From assembly GCA_965221905.1 (NCBI GenBank), contig OZ244922.1:1920001-1984000 (forward strand): a stretch of DNA of 64,000 nucleotides, written 5' to 3'. Below the pieces are notes generated by a model, which worked only from the letters and a program-made list of their open reading frames with translations, was not told the origin of the DNA and did not search any database. Position 1 is the stretch's first letter. Every line of letters begins with the position of its first letter. Source of the stretch: Chloroflexota bacterium. Lineage in GTDB: Bacteria > Chloroflexota > UBA11872 > VXOZ01. This document shows, piece by piece, positions 48,971 to 59,170 of the stretch. The position numbers were made by a program, and so were the translations under genes.

Positions 48971-50127
48971 TGTTTCCTAGCTGGCGGCGCTTGAGGGCCG
49001 AGAGCTTCGTAGAGTTCCATACAAATTCGCACTGAGTTCGACCATGAAAAGCAGGTTGCTTGCTTGAGCCCACGCTCACGCAATGCATCGGCGAATGCGG
49101 AGTCCGTCAATATACTTGCCATTGCGGTAGCGAGTTGATTCTCCGCACGCGGCGGTACAAGCACGCCGGCGTCGCGAACGACTTCCGGCAATGATGACGT
49201 GTTTGAGGCAATCACCGGAGTACCCGAGGCCATTGCTTCGAGAACCGGGTAGCCGAATCCCTCATAGGATGACGGATAGGCAAGAAGCTCGGCGCTGCTA
49301 TACCACATTGGCAATTCCTCACGCGCCACGTAGCCCGGCATGAGTAAACGATCGCCAATCCCTGCTTCTGCAATTGCTTGCTGAATTGCCTGCGTCATCC
49401 AACCCTTTGCACCCACCAAGACCAGGCTATGGGGCAAGTTCTCTTGGCGTACAACCTTCCCAAAGGCTCGAATCAGTACGTCGACATTCTTGCGCGGCTC
49501 CATTGTCCCGACATAGAGAACGAAGTGTTTTGGCAAGCCTTTGGCTTTGCGGAAATCGCTTTTCTCTTCCTGTGAGCGGGGATGGAAGTCTGTGTCAGCA
49601 GCCGGATACACCACACGAACGCGCTCTTCCGGTACTCCCAACATTTCGACGACGTCATCGCGAGTGCTCATCGAATCCGCTACTACGGCGTTTGCACGGC
49701 GAGCAGACAAACTGGTAAAAAGCTGAAGATAACGTTGCTTTGGCCGAGGAAATAGCTTGGGGTAGCGCAAGAAAGTGAGATCGTGGACCGTCAGGACAGT
49801 GGGACAGGCTGCCGCCATTGGAATTACATTGAGCGGACAGTGTAGTACATCCAGTGTATCACGCGCTGTGTGCCATGCCAAGACCGTCTGTTCCCAGAGG
49901 ATGCGGGGCACCGGGTGGGCGGTGGGAAGCCGGCTTGTAATAACAGTTGGGGCGTATCGCGTACACTCTTGCCACGTAGGCATGAGATGATTCGTAAAAA
50001 GGGTGTAGCGGTTTTCGCCGTCGCAATTGAGCAAGTGTGTTGTCAATTGGCGGATGTAGTGGCTAATGCCGGCATTGCGATAGTCCTGCGAGGTGTAGAG
50101 CTTCAGGGCGTTGATCCCGATTTCCAC
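48967..50127 (-). CDS. Glycosyltransferase family 4
   Basis: TVHDL, GTMEPRKN, EGFGYPVLEAMASG. Confidence 0.93.
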   Translation of the reverse strand: MEIGINALKLYTSQDYRNAGISHYIRQLTTHLLNCDGENRYTLFTNHLMPTWQECTRYAPTVITSRLPTAHPVPRILWEQTVLAWHTARDTLDVLHCPLNVIPMAAACPTVLTVHDLTFLRYPKLFPRPKQRYLQLFTSLSARRANAVVADSMSTRDDVVEMLGVPEERVRVVYPAADTDFHPRSQEEKSDFRKAKGLPKHFVLYVGTMEPRKNVDVLIRAFGKVVRQENLPHSLVLVGAKGWMTQAIQQAIAEAGIGDRLLMPGYVAREELPMWYSSAELLAYPSSYEGFGYPVLEAMASGTPVIASNTSSLPEVVRDAGVLVPPRAENQLATAMASILTDSAFADALRERGLKQATCFSWSNSVRICMELYEALGPQAPPARKQ

Positions 50128-50508
50128 GGCCTAACCTCGGACTACTTGTCGCCTCACCGGGTAGCCTACATACTTAACCTTTATTGTAGCGTGTGGCTGG
50201 GTGCCCTGCCCACAGTTCGTGATTCCATGCAGAAATTTCTTTGCTAGAGGGAAGCAGGAGAACGCTGTTCATGCCTCTCGATACTGAGAGAGGCGGAGCC
50301 GGATAGTTCGCTTTGCAAGGTGCCCGGCAGACGGCGTACCTCTCTTGCTTCAGAGTAGAGTAGTTGCCCTGGAGCGAGCGTTGCCTGGACTCTAATGTGA
50401 GCTGTGGAACGCTCAAATGGGCAGCACGTATTGCTGAATCGCCACATGATTTCATGCTAGCATGGGTGCACGATGTAATCGCACCACTTTGTGAGGAGCT
50501 AGAGCGCC

Positions 50509-51270
50509 ATGCGTCTTGGAATCGTGACCTATAACATTGCGTCAGATTGGGACATTCCCACAATCTTCGCCAATTGTGAAGCAGCAGGTGTTTATGGGGT
50601 AGAACTCCGCACAACCCATGCGCACGGTGTTGAGCCTTCACTCTCGACGCAGCAGCGCCACGAAGTGCGCGCGCAGTTTGAGGATTCGCCGGTCACAATC
50701 ATCGGACTGGGCACGACGTGCGAATTCCATGCGCTCGATCAAGAGACGGTCAGGGGGAACATTGAAATTGCGAAGGCGTCCGCTCAGCTCGCCCACGACT
50801 TGAACGCCGCGGGCATCAAGGTCCGCCCAAACGGTCTGCAAGCGGAGGCCGGTGTACCTAGAGAACAGACCCTTGCTCAAATCGGTGGTGCGCTCAGGGA
50901 GGTTGGCGCTGCCGCCCAAGACCTAAACGTTGAAGTCTGGGTTGAGATGCATGGCCGCGACACTGCAGAGCCACAGAATATGCGGCAAATAATGGACAAC
51001 GCTGACCACCAAAATGTCTTCGCATGCTGGAATTCGAACCCGCAGGATTTAGAGGAAGGCTCCATAGCCAAGAACTATGCCTTGATGCGAGATGCGATAC
51101 GCCACGTCCACATCAATCGACTTTACAGCGACTATCCGTATCGCGAGCTGTTTGGGCTCTTGAATGAGGATGGTTACGCGGGATGGCTCTGCGCTGAAAT
51201 TCAAGAATCATCCGACCCGATCACTGTGCTGCAATACTACCGCACCCTCTTTCAAAGCTTAGGTGGGTAG
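50509..51270 (+). CDS. Sugar phosphate isomerase/epimerase (xylose-isomerase-like TIM barrel)
   Basis: GVELRTTHAHGVE, KVRPN, EMHG, WNSN, HVHI. Confidence 0.85.
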   Translation: MRLGIVTYNIASDWDIPTIFANCEAAGVYGVELRTTHAHGVEPSLSTQQRHEVRAQFEDSPVTIIGLGTTCEFHALDQETVRGNIEIAKASAQLAHDLNAAGIKVRPNGLQAEAGVPREQTLAQIGGALREVGAAAQDLNVEVWVEMHGRDTAEPQNMRQIMDNADHQNVFACWNSNPQDLEEGSIAKNYALMRDAIRHVHINRLYSDYPYRELFGLLNEDGYAGWLCAEIQESSDPITVLQYYRTLFQSLGG

Positions 51271-51510
51271 GCTTTCGCTCGACCTTGCGCAATCCCGGCG
51301 CTTATCCGGTGTCGCAATTCGTCGAAAACGGTATAATTGGGATTGGCGCTACAAGGTGAACTGTATCATTTGGATGTGACCAATTAACTACGGGAGCCAA
51401 GGCAAGAGGTAAGACCGGTCGGCAGGAGGTTGTAAATTCGCTTGTTGTCCGAACGTTATCAATGACGAACGGCTAGAAGCAACATAGACTTCCCGCAACC
51501 ATTTTCAATC

Positions 51511-51912
51511 ATGGCACGAAGAAGGCGAAAACCGAACAGCAAGCGGCGCAGACCGATGCGTTCCCCGGGAGCAACCGGTGAGCGCACCGTGGCAAACGCT
51601 TCCCAAGCGGAGCGTAAGGCCGAACCTAGGGAAATTGCCGACGGCGATCCGGCTACTGTTGCCCCATCGCCATCTTCTGCCATTACTCCCCAAACTCCGG
51701 GAAATGCGCGTGGGAGTCTGCTTGATGGCGCGCAGTCATTTTCAGGCTCCACGAAGGAGAGAACGTCCTGGCCTACTCGCCGTAAGCGGTCGCAACTGGT
51801 GGAGCTTCCGGTCCAGGAACTCGACCATGTACGAGGCGACTTGGCGCGGATTGGGCTGCTTTCATTGGGAATGGTGATCGTACTCGTGACGCTAACCTTC
51901 GTTCTGCGGTGA
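51511..51912 (+). CDS. Hypothetical protein, basic disordered N-terminus with C-terminal TM anchor
   Basis: Arg-rich start; HVRGDLARIGLLSLGMVIVLVTLTFVL tail. Confidence 0.6.
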   Translation: MARRRRKPNSKRRRPMRSPGATGERTVANASQAERKAEPREIADGDPATVAPSPSSAITPQTPGNARGSLLDGAQSFSGSTKERTSWPTRRKRSQLVELPVQELDHVRGDLARIGLLSLGMVIVLVTLTFVLR

Positions 51913-52009
51913 AGAGTACATGGTGTCTTGTAACACGTAGACAGCGTCATCGTGCGCACTTCAACCGATTTGTTGTTTGTCAAAACCAATAGCACTGTGA
52001 AATTGAATC

Positions 52010-52510
52010 ATGTTTGAGCAAGGTTCCACGTTTTCGCAAATCATCGGAACGTCACTGGCTAGCTTCCTGTTGGCGCTGCTATTTCTCCGCATTTACTTGC
52101 CCTTTGCGCCCAAGCGTCCAGGTAACCCAATAGGCAAGATCCGGCTTGGACTCCGCGAGAAAGTCCTCATCTTTCGCCCGACGTTGATTCCTATGCTGCT
52201 GCTCCTATTCGTAAATCAAATTCCCGTTTCCGGTATACAGTTTGCTTTTATGCTGCCGGGAACTGAGCTGATGATCATGCTGGCTATCGTAGTCGCGGCG
52301 GTCGTGCCGGTCTCGTACATCTTTACGACCGATGGCTATGCCCTGAGCAACGGCCAGGCGCACAAGTGGGAAACATTTCGCCGCTACGAGGTTGAGAACG
52401 GGGTTGTCGTGCTGGAAGGCAAGGGCGAGCGGCCGACCAAGCAGAAGCTATACATTCCATCCGAGAAAGAAGATGCCCTGCGCACGGTTTTGAAGCGTTT
52501 TGTCAGCTAG
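52010..52510 (+). CDS. Hypothetical membrane protein
   Basis: Three TM segments plus small soluble C-terminal domain (FTTDG..WETFRRY). Confidence 0.7.
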   Translation: MFEQGSTFSQIIGTSLASFLLALLFLRIYLPFAPKRPGNPIGKIRLGLREKVLIFRPTLIPMLLLLFVNQIPVSGIQFAFMLPGTELMIMLAIVVAAVVPVSYIFTTDGYALSNGQAHKWETFRRYEVENGVVVLEGKGERPTKQKLYIPSEKEDALRTVLKRFVS

Positions 52511-52596
52511 GCGCACATGAGACCCCTGAATTCCCTGTGCACACTGATCCAGTAGGGTGCTAGAACCCGCTTTGATAGCAAGAGGCGCGAGGACCC

Positions 52597-54030
52597 ATGA
52601 AGCGAAATTCGCGTCAGGAGGACCCCCCTCCCTCTCTCTTCCCGGAATCGGAAGCACACGCCAGCCGCGAGAGTGCCCCTGCTCGTCGTCGCGCAACAAG
52701 CGCTGCACCTCTAGCTACCCGTATGCGTCCGTTGTCTCTTGACGAATACGTGGGGCAAGCTCACCTCCTCGGAGAAAAAGGCGTGCTGCGTCAGGCAATC
52801 ACGATGGACCGCATCCCTTCTATGGTACTTTGGGGTCCGCCTGGATCGGGTAAGACCTCGCTGGCCGCCATCATCGGCCGCACGGCAAAGGCCAAGATTG
52901 CCAGTCTGAGCGCCGTGAGCGCCGGTGTCGCCGATCTCCGCAAAGTAGTTGAGGAGGCCCAGGCGCGGCTTGAACTCACCGGCCGGCGCACTATCCTCTT
53001 CATCGATGAGATCCACCGCTTCTCCAAAAGCCAGCAGGATGCCATCTTGCCTTATGTGGAAGACGGTACGGTAACGCTAATTGGGGCAACGACAGAAAAC
53101 CCTTCGTTTGAGGTCAATGCTCCTTTGCTCTCCCGTACTCGCGTCTACAAGCTCGAGCCGCTCACCGATTCGGAGATAGAGGCGCTGGTAACCCGGTGTC
53201 TGAAGGACTCGACACGCGGGCTTGGCGATCTCCAAGTGGACGTGCAGCCGGAGGCCTTGAAGTTTCTCGTAAGCATGGCCAATGGCGACGCCCGTGTGGC
53301 GCTCAATGCGCTGGAACTCGCCGTTACACTAGCCAAAGGGGACGACACCGGTCAGCGTTCAGTCACAGAAGAAGACATTTCTAAGGCGCTCCAAAGGAGA
53401 GTGCTCCCCCATGACAAGAAGGGGGATTCTCATTACGACCTTATCTCTGCATATATCAAGAGTGTGCGCGGCAGCGATCCTGGCGCTGCGGTTTATTGGC
53501 TGGCGCGCATGCTCGAAGGCGGGGAGGACCCGCTCTTCATCGTGCGTCGGATGGTGATTCTTGCTTCAGAAGACATCGGCCTCGCAGACCCGCACGCGCT
53601 CGGTGTCGCTGTTGCCGCTCAGCAAGCCGTGCACTTCATCGGCATGCCGGAGGGGATCTACCCGCTCACACAGGCAACGCTCTACCTTGCCACGGCGCCA
53701 AAGAGTAATTCGGCGCTGCGGGCGTACGCCGCGACGCGGGATGCCATCCAAGAGACGGGCAATCTCAGCGTACCGCTCCATCTGCGTAATGCGCCAACAG
53801 GGCTGATGGCGGCGTTCGGACACGGCAAGGACTACAAGTATCCGCACTCGTTTGAGGAGAATTGGGTAGCTGAAGAATACTTGCCCGCACCCCTGCAGGG
53901 CCAGCGTTACTACGAACCCGGCACTGTCGGATTCGAGCGCAAGATTAAGGAGCGGCTAGAGGAGCACGGAGCACGCCGTACACTCCCGGCCGCAGATAAC
54001 GAAGACTCCGCGAGTGCATCGGAGAAGTAA
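52597..54030 (+). CDS. rarA: Replication-associated recombination protein A
   Basis: PLATRMRP, WGPPGSGKT, FIDEIHRF, GATTENPSF, SEDIGLADP, VPLHLRNAPT. Confidence 0.96.
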   Translation: MKRNSRQEDPPPSLFPESEAHASRESAPARRRATSAAPLATRMRPLSLDEYVGQAHLLGEKGVLRQAITMDRIPSMVLWGPPGSGKTSLAAIIGRTAKAKIASLSAVSAGVADLRKVVEEAQARLELTGRRTILFIDEIHRFSKSQQDAILPYVEDGTVTLIGATTENPSFEVNAPLLSRTRVYKLEPLTDSEIEALVTRCLKDSTRGLGDLQVDVQPEALKFLVSMANGDARVALNALELAVTLAKGDDTGQRSVTEEDISKALQRRVLPHDKKGDSHYDLISAYIKSVRGSDPGAAVYWLARMLEGGEDPLFIVRRMVILASEDIGLADPHALGVAVAAQQAVHFIGMPEGIYPLTQATLYLATAPKSNSALRAYAATRDAIQETGNLSVPLHLRNAPTGLMAAFGHGKDYKYPHSFEENWVAEEYLPAPLQGQRYYEPGTVGFERKIKERLEEHGARRTLPAADNEDSASASEK

Positions 54031-54141
54031 CCTCAGATGCTCACTGCGGCAGTTGGCATGCAATGCCATATGTCTCAGTTGCCAACCGCGCATCCGAAGC
54101 GGGAGCCATTTGGACTTGCAGGCTAGCGCAGTGCGAGATTA

Positions 54142-54286
54142 CTAGCACTTGTCTCATAAATACATCGCTCGGTGTAGACTTGCCCTTCGACAGGCTCAGG
54201 GCGAACGGGAAAGGCGAGAATCCGTTTGTGCTGAGCTTGTCGAGGCATGAATCGGCTATCGAACCGATCTATGAGATAGCTTCTAG
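54142..54286. mobile_element. MITE-like element with CTAG ends carrying an inverted REP pair
   Basis: Imperfect terminal IR CTAGCACTTGTCTCATAAAT / ATCTATGAGATAGCTTCTAG; inner GCCCTTCGACAGGCTCAGGGCGAACGG and CCGTTTGTGCTGAGCTTGTCGAGGC. Confidence 0.6.
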
Positions 54287-55458
54287 AAAAGACCCCTCAC
54301 GGGCCGGGCATATCCCGTAAGCTCCGCGTAGCCGTAACCATCAGCATCTCCGCTCACGCGCACGGCGCCTTCCCAATACGTCACGCTGCCTAGGAGTTCT
54401 TGGTCCTTGAGCAGCGGCTCTAGGATCAGTCGCAGTGCGCTATCGCCAGTGTCCACTGTAATCTCCCATCCGGCGGGATATGCGCCGCCGCTGTGCTTGC
54501 TCTGCCACGTGCCCAGGGACGTGATGGAGAACATGCCTGCAGTCAGATAGCGGGTCTGACCGTCGGCCAAGATAAGCAGACCGCCAAAGCGTGGTTCCAC
54601 ACTACCGTCTTGACGCCGAATCTGCCCCACCATGAGGTCGCGCCCGTCGCTGAGGTGTAATGCGAACCAGTCCCAACCCACGGCTCCCGCGCTCAGCGCG
54701 CTGGTTCCGAACTCACGGTCCATCCAACTCGTGCCGCTAACGGGAAATTCCTCGTTGCCTATCACCAGTGTGCCCGTCGTTTCAAGCCGCGTGAGCGAGT
54801 AGTAGTAGCTGGCATTACCGGCCTCCGGCCCCTTTTGGCTCAGGCCGTTGTCACCATGGAGAGCAGGTGCCTTGACGGACGTGAGCGTGAAATTAATGGC
54901 AAAGCCGTCCCCTTCTGCATTGATTTGCATCTGTGAAGCAGAATCTTCCAGGGCATGAACCGACCAATCGTCTATCCAAACACGGAACCGGGGTGAGATC
55001 TCTGCGCCTGCAAGGCCCGCCGCGCTGCGGCTAAACCGCTCTTCCTGGTAGAACGTGCCGCCTGCGACGTCGCTTACCGTAAAGTGCGCCATGTAGATCT
55101 GGTTCGTGTGCCATTCCGACTGAGAATCTCTTTGATCCGGGGTCACGGCACGGCGAAAGATAGTGAACTGGTACCCAAATCGGCGGCCGGAGGCTGTGGT
55201 CAGGTTCCCGGTGTAGTACCACCATTCCGTCTGAAACGCCGGATGCGGCCCGTGGTCGCGAGGGAATTCCCACGGCCAGGGCCCAACGGCCCGCGCATAG
55301 CCGTCGGTATCGAGTTGGGGCGGGAGGATAACGGTGTCCGCGCCGATAGGCTCCATCGGCTTGTTTGAAACCCATACGACGCCAAAGACCGGCAGCGCAA
55401 GCACAGCCGCAATGAGGACGGAAATGAGCAGCCTCTTATTGAAATAGGCTTTATTCAT
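54283..55458 (-). CDS. Lipocalin-like / carotenoid 1,2-hydratase (AttH/CrtC-like) secreted protein
   Basis: FPRDHGPHP, EWWYYTGNL, ASYYYS, WMDREF, GWDWF, YWEG. Confidence 0.9.
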   Translation of the reverse strand: MNKAYFNKRLLISVLIAAVLALPVFGVVWVSNKPMEPIGADTVILPPQLDTDGYARAVGPWPWEFPRDHGPHPAFQTEWWYYTGNLTTASGRRFGYQFTIFRRAVTPDQRDSQSEWHTNQIYMAHFTVSDVAGGTFYQEERFSRSAAGLAGAEISPRFRVWIDDWSVHALEDSASQMQINAEGDGFAINFTLTSVKAPALHGDNGLSQKGPEAGNASYYYSLTRLETTGTLVIGNEEFPVSGTSWMDREFGTSALSAGAVGWDWFALHLSDGRDLMVGQIRRQDGSVEPRFGGLLILADGQTRYLTAGMFSITSLGTWQSKHSGGAYPAGWEITVDTGDSALRLILEPLLKDQELLGSVTYWEGAVRVSGDADGYGYAELTGYARPVRGLF

Positions 55459-58018
55459 TGCGAATAGCCTCTGCCGGGGCAAGATGGGCAACGCGCCAAG
55501 CCGGGTACGCTCCCGCCAGTAGTGCAGCCGTCATTGCGATAAATACTGCTTGCAACAGAGAGCCTGCGGGCACGAGGTAGGTGAAGCTCCAGCCGAACGC
55601 ACGTACGTTGATAACGTCGATGAGCATCTTTGCCAGCAGTAAGCCAATGGGCAGCGCAAAAAGACCGGCTGAGAGACCCATTAGTCCTGTTTCAAACAAT
55701 GTAAGCCTCCAGAGTTGTCCCGCCGTGAGGCCGAGCGCGCGCATCGTGCCAAGTGTGCGTCTTTGATCGAGTTGCAGCGCCATGAGCGCACTTAGAATGC
55801 CGATAAAGGCCACGAGAGCGGCGAGGCTGCGCAAGGCGGCAGTGATGCTGAAGGCACGGTCAAAAACGGCGAAGACTTCCGTCCGAAGCTCGCGGGTGCT
55901 CTGCACCCTCAACTGCTGGTCAGCGACCAATCGGCGCACGCTTTCAACTACGTCTTGGGTCTGGGCCTCGAGTGTGAGGAAGAGCGCGAATGTCGAGACC
56001 CAGGGATCGGCATAGAAGCCCCGATATATAGAATCCGCCATCAGCACGATTCCCTGGTCCGATCCGTAGTGGTAATACGCGCCAACGACGAGAAACGTGC
56101 GGGGGCCTTGGTCGGTGAGCAGCGTAAGCGTGTTTGATTCAGGTGTAATCTGGCGGCGGTAGGCGAACGACTCTGTAACGACAATGGCCCCTTCTTCCAT
56201 GGCGGCCCAGACCTCTTCCTGTGGCACAGTCAGCCAGAGATAACGACGTGAGCGGTCAGCCAAGTCTCTACTCACCGCAATCAGATTAACCGGCGGCAAC
56301 TCCGGATAGTCTGGAGCCAACACCGGTACGTCGCGTGCAGTCAGCACCTGAGCCACGCCCGGCACGTCTTGTAATCGGTCTGCCAGCTCTGGATCGAGAT
56401 TTACCGTTTCGAGTAGGCCGCTCGTCGGTGCCGAAATGAAGACGTCCGCGGTCAATGCCCCATCGAGCCAGGTCGTTACCGTTCCCCGGAAACTCGTTAT
56501 CATCACACTCACGCCAACTATGACGCTAACAGCGAGCGCAAGCGCCGCTACCGCTACGCCGGTCTTGCTTAGCGAACGAATGATGGCGCGCGGAGCCATC
56601 GACCCAAGCGTGCCGAATAAACGACCGGTGATCGGCTGCACGATGCGCATGGTGAGCAGCAACGCGGCTGGGGTAAAGAGAATACTCCCAATGAGAACCA
56701 GAAAGAGCGCACCAAAGCCAAAGAAAAGGCTGTGCGATTGAATCCGCGTGAGGATGAAACCGGTAGCCAATACGAAAGACCCAACTACGGCTGCCACGTC
56801 TACGCGAGAACGAGTCGCTTGTTCGGCATCGGCACTCCGGAGGGCGCTGGCGGCTGTGATGCGGGTGGCGCTCAGGGCAGGAATGAGCGCCGCGCCCAGG
56901 CTGGCAACAAAGCCCGTGATGACGCCCTTGGCAATGGTCAGAGAGGAAAGGGTGAGCATCTGCACCTCCACCCGATAGTAGAGGTCGGTGATGGTCCTGG
57001 TTACCGCTCCCACGAGGAATCCGCCAAGCAGGTATCCGGCCGCCAGACCGAGCAGCGTGCCGACGATGCCGAAAACGAGGGCTTCCAGGAAAATGGTGAC
57101 GAACACTTGACGGCGCGTTGCGCCAATCGCGCGCAGCATCCCAAGCTGTACCCGTCGCTGTACTACGCTGAACGACATAATGTTGTAAACGAGAAACATA
57201 CCGACAACAAGCGCGAGGAGACTGAGGGCTTGCAGATTCAGGGTAAAGCTGCCGCTAAGCTGCTCCAGGGTGTTGCGATTGCTCTCTACCGGCCTGAGAA
57301 CAACGCCGGGAGGCAGGACGTCTCCAATGCGCGAAAGTGAACCGTACTCCGAAAGGATGAGGTCTATGCGGGTTAGTCGACCGGCAGTGTCCAGGAACTC
57401 TTGCGCCGTGGCGATGTCTGCAATGACTAAAGAGGAGAGTGCTTGCGCGCTCAGTTCATTCCAGGGACGAATGATACCCACAAGGGTGAACGTCTCCCGG
57501 TTCTGCGCCGTGTACAGAGCGAATTGGTCCCCGGGTTGGATTCCAAGCCGCGCAGCCACGGACTCTGACACTATTACGGTATTAGGTTCCGTTAGTAGTC
57601 TCAGCACTGCTTGTCCCGATACGCCCGTAGCGCTCGAAGGCGCTGCGCCAGACAAGAACTGCCGCATCTGCGATTCGGCGAAAGGATCGATACCCAGCAG
57701 GGTGAGCACGATGTCTTGCTCGCCGGTCCGGACCGTGCCCTGAACCGCTGGGGAAGCAGCGCGAAAACCAAGGTCGACGCGCAGGGCGCGATAAAGGGTG
57801 GAGGGGACCCCCCTAGGGCCGCCCACGATTTCGTGGGTTGCGTTGCCCTGGAGGCTTGCAACACTCAGCGAAAACGCACGGCGCGCCGACTCAGCGGCCA
57901 CGTCAACGCCCACCACCAACGCGACCCCCGCCACTATGCTGAAGACGAAGAGTGCGCTTTGCAACATGCGCCGCTGCAGCGCCCGGTAGGCGAGCCGGGC
58001 CAGAACCGTGATGCTCAT
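55451..58018 (-). CDS. FtsX-like ABC permease (duplicated MacB-type)
   Basis: Two extracellular domains with two FtsX TM blocks (LRAIGAT, MRALGLT). Confidence 0.92.
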   Translation of the reverse strand: MSITVLARLAYRALQRRMLQSALFVFSIVAGVALVVGVDVAAESARRAFSLSVASLQGNATHEIVGGPRGVPSTLYRALRVDLGFRAASPAVQGTVRTGEQDIVLTLLGIDPFAESQMRQFLSGAAPSSATGVSGQAVLRLLTEPNTVIVSESVAARLGIQPGDQFALYTAQNRETFTLVGIIRPWNELSAQALSSLVIADIATAQEFLDTAGRLTRIDLILSEYGSLSRIGDVLPPGVVLRPVESNRNTLEQLSGSFTLNLQALSLLALVVGMFLVYNIMSFSVVQRRVQLGMLRAIGATRRQVFVTIFLEALVFGIVGTLLGLAAGYLLGGFLVGAVTRTITDLYYRVEVQMLTLSSLTIAKGVITGFVASLGAALIPALSATRITAASALRSADAEQATRSRVDVAAVVGSFVLATGFILTRIQSHSLFFGFGALFLVLIGSILFTPAALLLTMRIVQPITGRLFGTLGSMAPRAIIRSLSKTGVAVAALALAVSVIVGVSVMITSFRGTVTTWLDGALTADVFISAPTSGLLETVNLDPELADRLQDVPGVAQVLTARDVPVLAPDYPELPPVNLIAVSRDLADRSRRYLWLTVPQEEVWAAMEEGAIVVTESFAYRRQITPESNTLTLLTDQGPRTFLVVGAYYHYGSDQGIVLMADSIYRGFYADPWVSTFALFLTLEAQTQDVVESVRRLVADQQLRVQSTRELRTEVFAVFDRAFSITAALRSLAALVAFIGILSALMALQLDQRRTLGTMRALGLTAGQLWRLTLFETGLMGLSAGLFALPIGLLLAKMLIDVINVRAFGWSFTYLVPAGSLLQAVFIAMTAALLAGAYPAWRVAHLAPAEAIRNE

Positions 58019-58734
58019 GGGGCTCCGATGAGGGACGCAGATGCAGGATGAGGGGTGAGCGCTCCGCCGTGGAGCCGACAGATGCGGGAGGCCTGCTGTA
58101 CAATCTCGTGGTCGTGGGTCGCCATCAACAGCGTGCGTCCGGCTTCGCGCGTGAGCTCCAGCAAGAGTGAGAGGACCAGCGTACTGTTCTCGGCATCCAG
58201 ATTTCCCGTTGGTTCGTCGGCAAGCACAATGAGCGGCTCATGTGCCAGCGCGCGCACGATTGCCACCCGCTGCTGCTCGCCGCCACTGAGCCTATCCGGG
58301 AATGAGTGCTTGCGATCACTGAGGCCGACGCGCTTGAGCAGAGCCGCAGCATGGTCCCTCAGCCTTGCGTCCACCGTGCCTTCGAGCTCTGCCGGTAAGA
58401 GCACGTTCTCCCATACGGTGAGCGTAGGAATGAGATTAAAGAACTGAAAAACCATGCCGATGTGGCGGCGGCGGAAACAGGTGCGCTCGGTGTCGCCAAG
58501 ACTGGTAAGCTCGTTACCGTCGAGGGTGATGGAGCCGCTGTCCGGCGTATCTATGCCGCCGATAAGGTGCAGCAAGGTGGTCTTGCCGCTGCCGCTACTT
58601 CCCAGGATAGCGAGGAAGTCACCGCGGCATACCTCCAGGCTCACGTTGTTCAGTACAACGCGCTGCTCTCCGTGGTCGAAATAGGACTTGCTTAGCTTGC
58701 GAAGGGAGACGAGAGGGCTGCGGTCATTAGCCAT
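58015..58734 (-). CDS. ABC transporter ATP-binding protein (LolD/MacB-like)
   Basis: GSSGSGKT, VFQFFNL, LSGGEQQR, ADEPTGNLD; start placed at MANDR. Confidence 0.93.
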   Translation of the reverse strand: MANDRSPLVSLRKLSKSYFDHGEQRVVLNNVSLEVCRGDFLAILGSSGSGKTTLLHLIGGIDTPDSGSITLDGNELTSLGDTERTCFRRRHIGMVFQFFNLIPTLTVWENVLLPAELEGTVDARLRDHAAALLKRVGLSDRKHSFPDRLSGGEQQRVAIVRALAHEPLIVLADEPTGNLDAENSTLVLSLLLELTREAGRTLLMATHDHEIVQQASRICRLHGGALTPHPASASLIGAP

Positions 58735-58870
58735 GGCTCGAGTATGATGATTTCCTTGTCTCGTCTCGTTCAGCCGTACAGGAGTGCGTGGCGAACCTTG
58801 CGCAACCAAGTTTGCGGCGATCGCTCTAAACGGCCGGTCGACACTACGCACTTGCGACGGAGAGTTAGTT

Positions 58871-58945
58871 TGGTACCCCCAGGGCGACTCGAACGCCCGC
58901 CCCTGGCTCCGGAGGCCAGTGCTCTATCCACTGAGCTATGGGGGC
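58871..58945 (-). tRNA. tRNA-Arg (CCG)
   Basis: Reverse complement GCCCCCATAGCTCAGTGGATAGAGC..CTGGC-CTCCGGA-GCCAG..TTCGAGT..GGGGGTACCA. Confidence 0.95.
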
Positions 58946-59056
58946 ATGTTCTCTTCTATGATACCAGACCGTTGCACGACCACAATGAACTGCGGAGACC
59001 GGAAAGCCCGTTACGATTGTGCGAGTAATGTACGCTTGGCGTTCGCCATGCGCTTG

Positions 59057-59112
59057 CCCGTCCTGAGCATGTCGAAGGGCAGTTCATGCTTCGACAGGCT
59101 CAGCACGAACGG
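59057..59112. repeat. REP-like inverted pair, same family as 54182-54251
   Basis: CCTGAGCATGTCGAAGGGC and TTCATGCTTCGACAGGCTCAGCACGAACGG (27/30 identical to the reverse complement of 54222-54251). Confidence 0.75.
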
Positions 59113-59170
59113 TTTCCATGGGCTTTGCAAACACCCTCTAAGAGGGGTCGGTGGTCAAAGATCTGCTGCT

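Noticed and set aside
50130-50500. Possible riboswitch in the EPS operon leader
   Set aside because: Only one modest hairpin (GCCTCTC/GAGAGGC); no recognisable aptamer consensus.
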